A stretch of DNA of 63,587 nt, counting the filler, from Limisphaerales bacterium (GTDB lineage: Bacteria; Verrucomicrobiota; Verrucomicrobiia; Limisphaerales; SIBE01): NCBI GenBank assembly GCA_044225505.1. It is 3 parts of 3 records of this genome, joined end to end, with 100 filler letters (N's around TTAATTAATTAA, not from the genome) between each part and the next. Parts side by side here need not be neighbours in the genome. Positions count along the whole stretch, not along the records: positions 47,805 to 63,587 come from JBGAIN010000183.1; 2 more parts are not named here. One strand, written 5' to 3'. This document shows positions 58,358 to 63,587 of this stretch, piece by piece. The translations under genes were made by a program, and so were the position numbers. The notes under the pieces are model-generated. The model did no database searches. It saw only the letters and a program-made list of their open reading frames with translations, and was not told the origin of the DNA. Position 1 is the stretch's first letter. The number at the start of each line of letters is the position of its first letter.

Positions 58358-58736
58358 AACTGATGGGCGCGTGGACAGGACCAATCACCCGGTTTTACGG
58401 GGCGCGGCTGTATACGAAGGATCAGCCGCAGTGTTCGGAATAAATCGGCCCGCGGCGGATGGCTGAATTCTGCGACTGGTCTGCGACACAGTCGCGCTCC
58501 GATTTCGCAGTTTTGATAGCCGATTTTTGCGATCGGGTGGCTGTATTTGACGGAACAGGCGCCAGGCTTAAGCAGGCTCTTCCGCCTTCGTTACCCGTAG
58601 AGCTATAGTTACGTTTAGTGCCGACCCGCGGGCCACGAATGTCGTAAGAATTGCCCAGCGGTGGCCGCCTCCTGAAATTCTTTGAGAATTCGGTCCTGCT
58701 CATCCAGATTACGTCGGAGCCGGTTCCTTCGAAGCC

Positions 58737-59087
58737 ATGAAGAAATTGAAATGGTCGTTCACGGTAGCCCTGATGCTCTTTTATCTGGGGGTCTTTCACC
58801 TTTGGATGACCTTGCACGCGCCGTGGATTGCCGTGAGCGGCCTGGTCGTGGCTGGGGGGTTGGGAGCGTCATTGTGGGCATTCGCGTGGCGGGGATATTT
58901 TGTAAATGTTTGGGATGGGGTCATTCATGCCTCGGTGATTCTCGATATTGTGTTGGAAGCCATCTGGATAGATCGTCATGAACACGTTGGCTTTTACCTC
59001 TGTGCGGCGGCGTTTGCGGTAGTGCTGGTCGGCTACCGCGGCTGGTGGCTGCGGCAGCAGGTCACATCCACGCCTCAAACGGCTTGA
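58737..59087 (+). CDS. Small four-TM membrane protein
   Basis: Four hydrophobic segments containing His residues. Confidence 0.7.
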   Translation: MKKLKWSFTVALMLFYLGVFHLWMTLHAPWIAVSGLVVAGGLGASLWAFAWRGYFVNVWDGVIHASVILDIVLEAIWIDRHEHVGFYLCAAAFAVVLVGYRGWWLRQQVTSTPQTA

Positions 59088-59343
59088 CCTGGCTCCCGGC
59101 GTCTCCGTCGTCGTTTCTACTCGAACGGGACCGTTTCCTGACCTGAGAGGGCGGTTCTCGCTCAGCTCGGCGGTAGGTATCCAAGTCGCGATTGTTACGG
59201 TCCTTCGTGAGTCGGCCCGGCATCTGCATGCAACACCGCATCGTGTTGTCGGATAATCCTTTACAGTTGCCTTGAGAGCCGTGCTGTTCTCGATTCTGCA
59301 AAAAAGCGCTAAGGTGGTCGCCTGTTTCTCCCGATGATATGCC

Positions 59344-61668
59344 ATGACTGTTGTGCCGCCGGTTGTAAGTGATTTATCCCAGCCGCTTTCCCAGCCCTCG
59401 GAATCTTCCCAACCCTCCAATCCATCCGTCCAAAATCTCGACGTGACGCCGCATCCCGAGAGGCCTCAAGAAATCACCGTTCGAGCGCGCCCGGCCGTGG
59501 CCGAACCTCCGCGCCGCGAAGCTCCGAAATCACAGCCTTGCAGTCGCTTGCGAAAGATCGTGTCTCATCTGCCGTCGGGGGGGATTCGTCCGTTCGCATT
59601 GATCCTGATGGCTTGTGCCTGGTTAACATCGTCCTTGGCGACGGCGGCAGGGGAGACCACAGCACTCGATTACGCCGTCCAACTCACCGCTACGGTGGAC
59701 CGTCAACCGCCTCAAATCCATCTTTCGTGGGTCGAAGATAGCGGCACGGTCCCGATCGCTTACGCGATCTCGCGCCGGTTCGTTGGCGACGTGGGCTGGA
59801 CACCTCTGGCAACGCTCTCCGGAACCACCACCGATTACCTGGACATCGATGTCGCAATCGGTATCCCGTATGAGTATCGGGTCATCAAGTCCACCGCGGA
59901 ACACAGCGGCTACGGGTATATCGTCGCTGGGATGGAGCTGTCGTTAGTCGAGACCCGTGGGAAGATCATTTTGATCGTCGACAACACTTACGCGGCGGAT
60001 CTGGCCGACGAGCTTGCCCGGCTTCAACAGGACCTCAGCGGGGATGGTTGGATCGTGCTGCGCCATGACGTGGCTCGCACGGATTCGGTCACTGCTGTCA
60101 AATCGCTCATTCTTGCGGATGTCGCCGAGGATCCGGAGGGGTGCCAGGCCGTTCTGCTCTTTGGGCATGTCCCCGTCCCGTATTCGGGGAGCGTCGCGAT
60201 GGATGGCCATCCTGAGCACGAAGGAGCCTGGCCGGCCGACGTTTACTACGGCGATGTGACTGGGAACTGGACGGATTCTTTTGTCACCAAAACGAGCGCG
60301 GATGATCCACGGAACCACAATTCGATCGGCGATGGTAAATTCGATCAAGCGGTCATTCCTGGTTGGATCCAGCTGGCGGTCGGTCGAGTGGACATGGCGA
60401 ACCTCCCGGCATTTGGCCTGTCCGAAACAGAACTGCTTCGCCGCTATCTGACGAAGGATCATCAATTCCGACACAACCGCCTTGCCGTCAATCGAAGTGC
60501 GTTAATTCGAGATGAATTTGGCGCATTCGGCGGGGAAGCTTTCTCCTCGAGTGCCTGGCGAGGTTTCGCTCCGATGTTTGGCCCGGCCAACTTGTCCACG
60601 GCCCCTGCGGGCGCTTTCTTTTCCACCCTCAGTGCGGAGTCGCATTTGTGGGCTTACGGCGCTGGAGGCGGTGGTTACTCGAGCATTTCCGGCGTTGGCA
60701 TCACCGCGGACCTGGCGCAAAATGACCCCGCGGCCGTTTTCATTTCCGTGTTCGGGAGTTATCTGGGGGACTGGGATAGTTCTAATAATATCATGCGGGC
60801 GTTCCTCGCCACCCCGACCTATACACTCGCCTCAGCCTGGGTCGGCCGGCCTAATTGGGTTTTCCATCCTATGGCCATGGGCGCGACGATCGGAGAATGC
60901 GCTCGTATCACTCAGAACAACCCGGGGCCTGACGGTTATGGACCGGCCTCTAGCGGCACTCGGTTTACCCATATCGCGCTTCTGGGCGATCCGACTCTCC
61001 GCTTGCACCCAGTCACCCCGCCCAGTGCGCTGATCGCAACCCCAGTGCCTCACTCCGTTCTTCTCCGTTGGTCGCCTCCCCCGCAACCTGTCGTCGGATA
61101 CCACGTTTACCGGTCGATCGACCCGGCTGGCCCGTTTACCCGGCTGAATCCAAGTTTGCTAACGGCACTGACCTTCACCGATCCTTCCATTGCTGAGGAT
61201 CAATACACCTACCAAGTGCGGGCGGTCGTTTTGGAATCAAGCGCGAGCGGCAGTTATTATAATTCCAGCCAAGGGCTCTTTGTGACTGCGGGAAATCTGT
61301 TAGAAGCCACCGCGCCGCTGCCTTTTCCGGTGGTCAGCGTCAAGCAAAGCGGCTTTCCGGGGTTACGCAGTCTATCCGGGATCGCCTCGGTGACCGTTGG
61401 CCGGACGGGCGACCTGTCGGAGCCATTGACCGTCCATTTGAGCTTCTCGGGCAATGTCGTCAATGGGCAGCATTACTTGTCAATCCCGTCCTCCTTAACC
61501 CTTCCCGCGAATGCTGCTGAAATCAGTTTCGCGGTCATTCCGTTTCTGGGACGGGGTGGGTCCGTGATCGTGACGGTTCAGGCGGACTCGGCCTACGACG
61601 TTGGCACTCCAAACTCTGTGCAAGTCGCCGTCGGCAGTCCCGCGACCGAAGTTGTTCGGCGACGGTGA
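59344..61668 (+). CDS. Secreted FN3 + peptidase C25 (gingipain)-like + FN3 + Calx-beta-like protein
   Basis: IILIVD, LLFGHVPVP, PADVYYGD, AVGRVD, LLGDPTLRL and GYHVYRS. True start probably downstream, nearer the signal peptide. Confidence 0.72.
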   Translation: MTVVPPVVSDLSQPLSQPSESSQPSNPSVQNLDVTPHPERPQEITVRARPAVAEPPRREAPKSQPCSRLRKIVSHLPSGGIRPFALILMACAWLTSSLATAAGETTALDYAVQLTATVDRQPPQIHLSWVEDSGTVPIAYAISRRFVGDVGWTPLATLSGTTTDYLDIDVAIGIPYEYRVIKSTAEHSGYGYIVAGMELSLVETRGKIILIVDNTYAADLADELARLQQDLSGDGWIVLRHDVARTDSVTAVKSLILADVAEDPEGCQAVLLFGHVPVPYSGSVAMDGHPEHEGAWPADVYYGDVTGNWTDSFVTKTSADDPRNHNSIGDGKFDQAVIPGWIQLAVGRVDMANLPAFGLSETELLRRYLTKDHQFRHNRLAVNRSALIRDEFGAFGGEAFSSSAWRGFAPMFGPANLSTAPAGAFFSTLSAESHLWAYGAGGGGYSSISGVGITADLAQNDPAAVFISVFGSYLGDWDSSNNIMRAFLATPTYTLASAWVGRPNWVFHPMAMGATIGECARITQNNPGPDGYGPASSGTRFTHIALLGDPTLRLHPVTPPSALIATPVPHSVLLRWSPPPQPVVGYHVYRSIDPAGPFTRLNPSLLTALTFTDPSIAEDQYTYQVRAVVLESSASGSYYNSSQGLFVTAGNLLEATAPLPFPVVSVKQSGFPGLRSLSGIASVTVGRTGDLSEPLTVHLSFSGNVVNGQHYLSIPSSLTLPANAAEISFAVIPFLGRGGSVIVTVQADSAYDVGTPNSVQVAVGSPATEVVRRR

Positions 61669-61805
61669 GGCGAGGGGACGATGGCTGGAGGCACGCGTCC
61701 GGAGTGCTTACCGGTGCCCCGAGCGAGAGGGAACGGGATTCGGGATGATGTGGCTGGGCAGAGCTGAGGAAAAGGAGCCGCGGTTCCCGTCGCGATCATT
61801 CGAGG

Positions 61806-61849
61806 CAAGGCCGGTGCAAGGCCGGTCCAAAGCCGGTGCAAGGCCGGTC
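61806..61849 (+). repeat. Tandem repeat, 4 x 11 bp
   Basis: CAAGGCCGGTG CAAGGCCGGTC CAAAGCCGGTG CAAGGCCGGTC. Confidence 0.85.
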
Positions 61850-62648
61850 GCTGAGCGGCCCTGGACTGGGGTTGTTCCGGCTTTGCTTTGGGATTGGCCC
61901 GTCTCAGGCCCAAAGCGGTCTTGCCCACCTCGCTCTCCTTCACTCAACGATCGATGCACCTTCTCTCACAACTCATCCGCCCCCACGGTCAATCTTGCAG
62001 CTTGCGGGGAGCTCGAATCCAAGGGCTTCTCGGTCAGTAGATGGAATCCGGCTATGCCCACACCGTCGCCCCGGATATAGCTGGAAATCAGGAATTTACG
62101 AATGCATAAGGCCTGCGACGCCGCTCCCCAACACGTTGTCACGTTTGAAAAGCCTGAGTTGCGTGTAGAGCCGATTTTGCAGTCACGAAGGTTCGCCGAT
62201 GCCTTTGCGGCGCGGGCCTTGATCTCGTTGGAGACAATTGTCACCACGGGTTCGATGGATCATTTCTACCTGCCGATATGCGATATTCCGGTCTGACCCA
62301 TCCGCTCTCAGGGCATCGATGTTCCCAAGGGTTTTACTCAGAACATCGCGGTAGAAAAAGAGGCGAGAATATCATAGCTCAAAGTGTAGGAAGATGATCT
62401 CACGCTGAGTGGGACAACGGCTGTCGGCTCCTGGCACTGAAACCGCCGGGAGTTTAACCAGCGACAGAGGTGTGTCAGAACGGCCCGTTCTGGATTGCAA
62501 TAGACGAACCGGCGTTGTTAGAGTCCCTGGTAGCATGAATTGAGGTTCAAGAGTTTATGCGGACAAGGACGGACAATTCTCTGGCCGGGATATACAACGA
62601 GCCGTTGGATAAACACAGTTTGGAAGGCCGATAAAGAAAGCGAACAGC

Positions 62649-62888
62649 ATGAGCACCATCGAGAAACTGCGAGCGCCGAACATTCAACGGCCAATAATCG
62701 CTGCTTGTGCCCTTGCCGTGCTCTTCGTTTTGCCTCGCTGGGGAGCGCAGGCCACGACGGTTGGCGCTGCGGTGTCGCTGATAGTTTACACCGTGATTTT
62801 CGATTGCCCAAAGGTCGTGCGATGGATCATGGGATTCATTGCCTTGCTCGCTTGCCTGGCGGCGTCATATTTTCTCCTTCGGAGATAG
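62649..62888 (+). CDS. Small membrane protein, probable integron gene cassette
   Basis: 79 aa with three hydrophobic segments; attC site starts 28 nt after the stop. Confidence 0.6.
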   Translation: MSTIEKLRAPNIQRPIIAACALAVLFVLPRWGAQATTVGAAVSLIVYTVIFDCPKVVRWIMGFIALLACLAASYFLLRR

Positions 62889-62915
62889 CTCGCTAGCCAG
62901 TGTATGGAGATGAAC

Positions 62916-63011
62916 ACCGAACAAGTCGAGGCAACGAATGAGCGGCCTGAGCATCGACTCTGAATCCGAACAACGCGGCGTGCCGCTCATCGTTTCTCTT
63001 GATCGTTCGAC
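62916..63011 (+). mobile_element. Integron attC recombination site 1
   Basis: R'' ACCGAAC and R' GTTCGAC. Arms GAGG(C)AACGA(A)TGAGCGGC / GCCGCTCA TCGTT TCTC with two extrahelical bases; 96 bp. Confidence 0.8.
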
Positions 63012-63050
63012 GGATATGCACTCAGGCGGCTTCCGGAACCAAGCTGTGCG

Positions 63051-63491
63051 GTGACAAGCGAGAATAGCGACTTAAGACAGCAATTCGCCGTGACTGCGGC
63101 TTTGTATCGAGCACGGAGTTTCAGGCTTTTGGTTTTCTTTGCCCTGGTGCTGGTGTTTGGGTTTCTCGTGGTGCTCCCAAGCCAGAGCATCGGGCTGAAC
63201 ATTTTCTGGCTTATAGCATTGCTTACCACTTCCGTTATTTCCTGGCGGGTGATCCCAAGGCTCTCGTGCCCGGCATGTCAGTTGTCCCTGCGGGCCTGCG
63301 CCGAGATCATTCAGTTTTGCCCGGAATGTGGCTCTAAAGACATTCAGCGAAAAGGGGGCGACAACTATTTTCTAATCTGGCCTCGGTGCCGAGCGTGCGG
63401 GCAGCAACTGGCCAGGCAGAGGAGAAGGCCCCTTTACAGGATACGGTTCTGCACCCGTTGTGGAGCTTATTTGGACGATGAAGGAGTTTGA
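63051..63491 (+). CDS. Membrane-anchored double zinc-ribbon protein, integron gene cassette
   Basis: Two TM helices; CPAC, CPEC, CRAC and CTRC; flanked by attC sites. Confidence 0.75.
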   Translation: MTSENSDLRQQFAVTAALYRARSFRLLVFFALVLVFGFLVVLPSQSIGLNIFWLIALLTTSVISWRVIPRLSCPACQLSLRACAEIIQFCPECGSKDIQRKGGDNYFLIWPRCRACGQQLARQRRRPLYRIRFCTRCGAYLDDEGV

Positions 63492-63495
63492 CCCT

Positions 63496-63587
63496 GTCGA
63501 ACGAGCCAGTGAAGCGAATTGCGGCGGATGAGCGTCTTTGGAAATATCGACTGGTTGTGGCCACCGCAATCGCTTACTATTTACGTT
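63496..63587 (+). mobile_element. Integron attC recombination site 2 (cut at the GTT core by the window end)
   Basis: R'' GTCGAAC is the exact complement of the GTTCGAC that opens the cassette. Arms AGT(G)AAGCGA(A)TTGCGG / CCGCAA TCGCTT ACT. Confidence 0.8.

Noticed and set aside
61669..62590. Possible intI gene upstream of the cassettes
   Set aside because: Only short ORFs; none shows tyrosine-recombinase R...HxxR...Y motifs.

Overview
GC-rich bacterial DNA. Gene content points to Verrucomicrobiota, probably Pedosphaerales/Limisphaerales-like: prepilin/H-X9-DG protein, 'F/YYR' C-terminal domains, PA14 sensor kinase, L28 and omega subunit style. The window is three contigs joined by artificial 100-nt spacers (44 N + TTAATTAATTAA + 44 N at 23772-23871 and 47705-47804), so adjacency across spacers is not biological. 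Contig 1 (1-23771) is a glycan-degradation region: GH127/146-GH51 fusion, GH92, GH63-like/beta-propeller fusion, esterases, a CBM protein and an orphan sensor kinase; two genes carry 2-nt frameshifts. Contig 2 (23872-47704) carries type II secretion/pilus genes, purU, an asparagine-synthase-like ligase, an ECF sigma trio, nfeD, a coupled RaSEA-like radical SAM + PrnC-like flavin halogenase pair, a galK-like kinase, rpmB, smpB, rpoZ, a candidate structured ncRNA and an ISAs1 left end. Contig 3 (47805-63587) carries a >3250-aa surface protein ending in a dockerin-like motif coupled to a cohesin-like protein, a C25-like secreted protein, and two attC sites bounding gene cassettes with no integrase visible. 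The best candidates for undescribed biology are the radical SAM/halogenase/amide-ligase set, the dockerin-cohesin giant-protein pair, the multi-hairpin RNA at 46599-46725 and the attC cassette array. All family assignments come from motif recognition by eye; no database searches were run.
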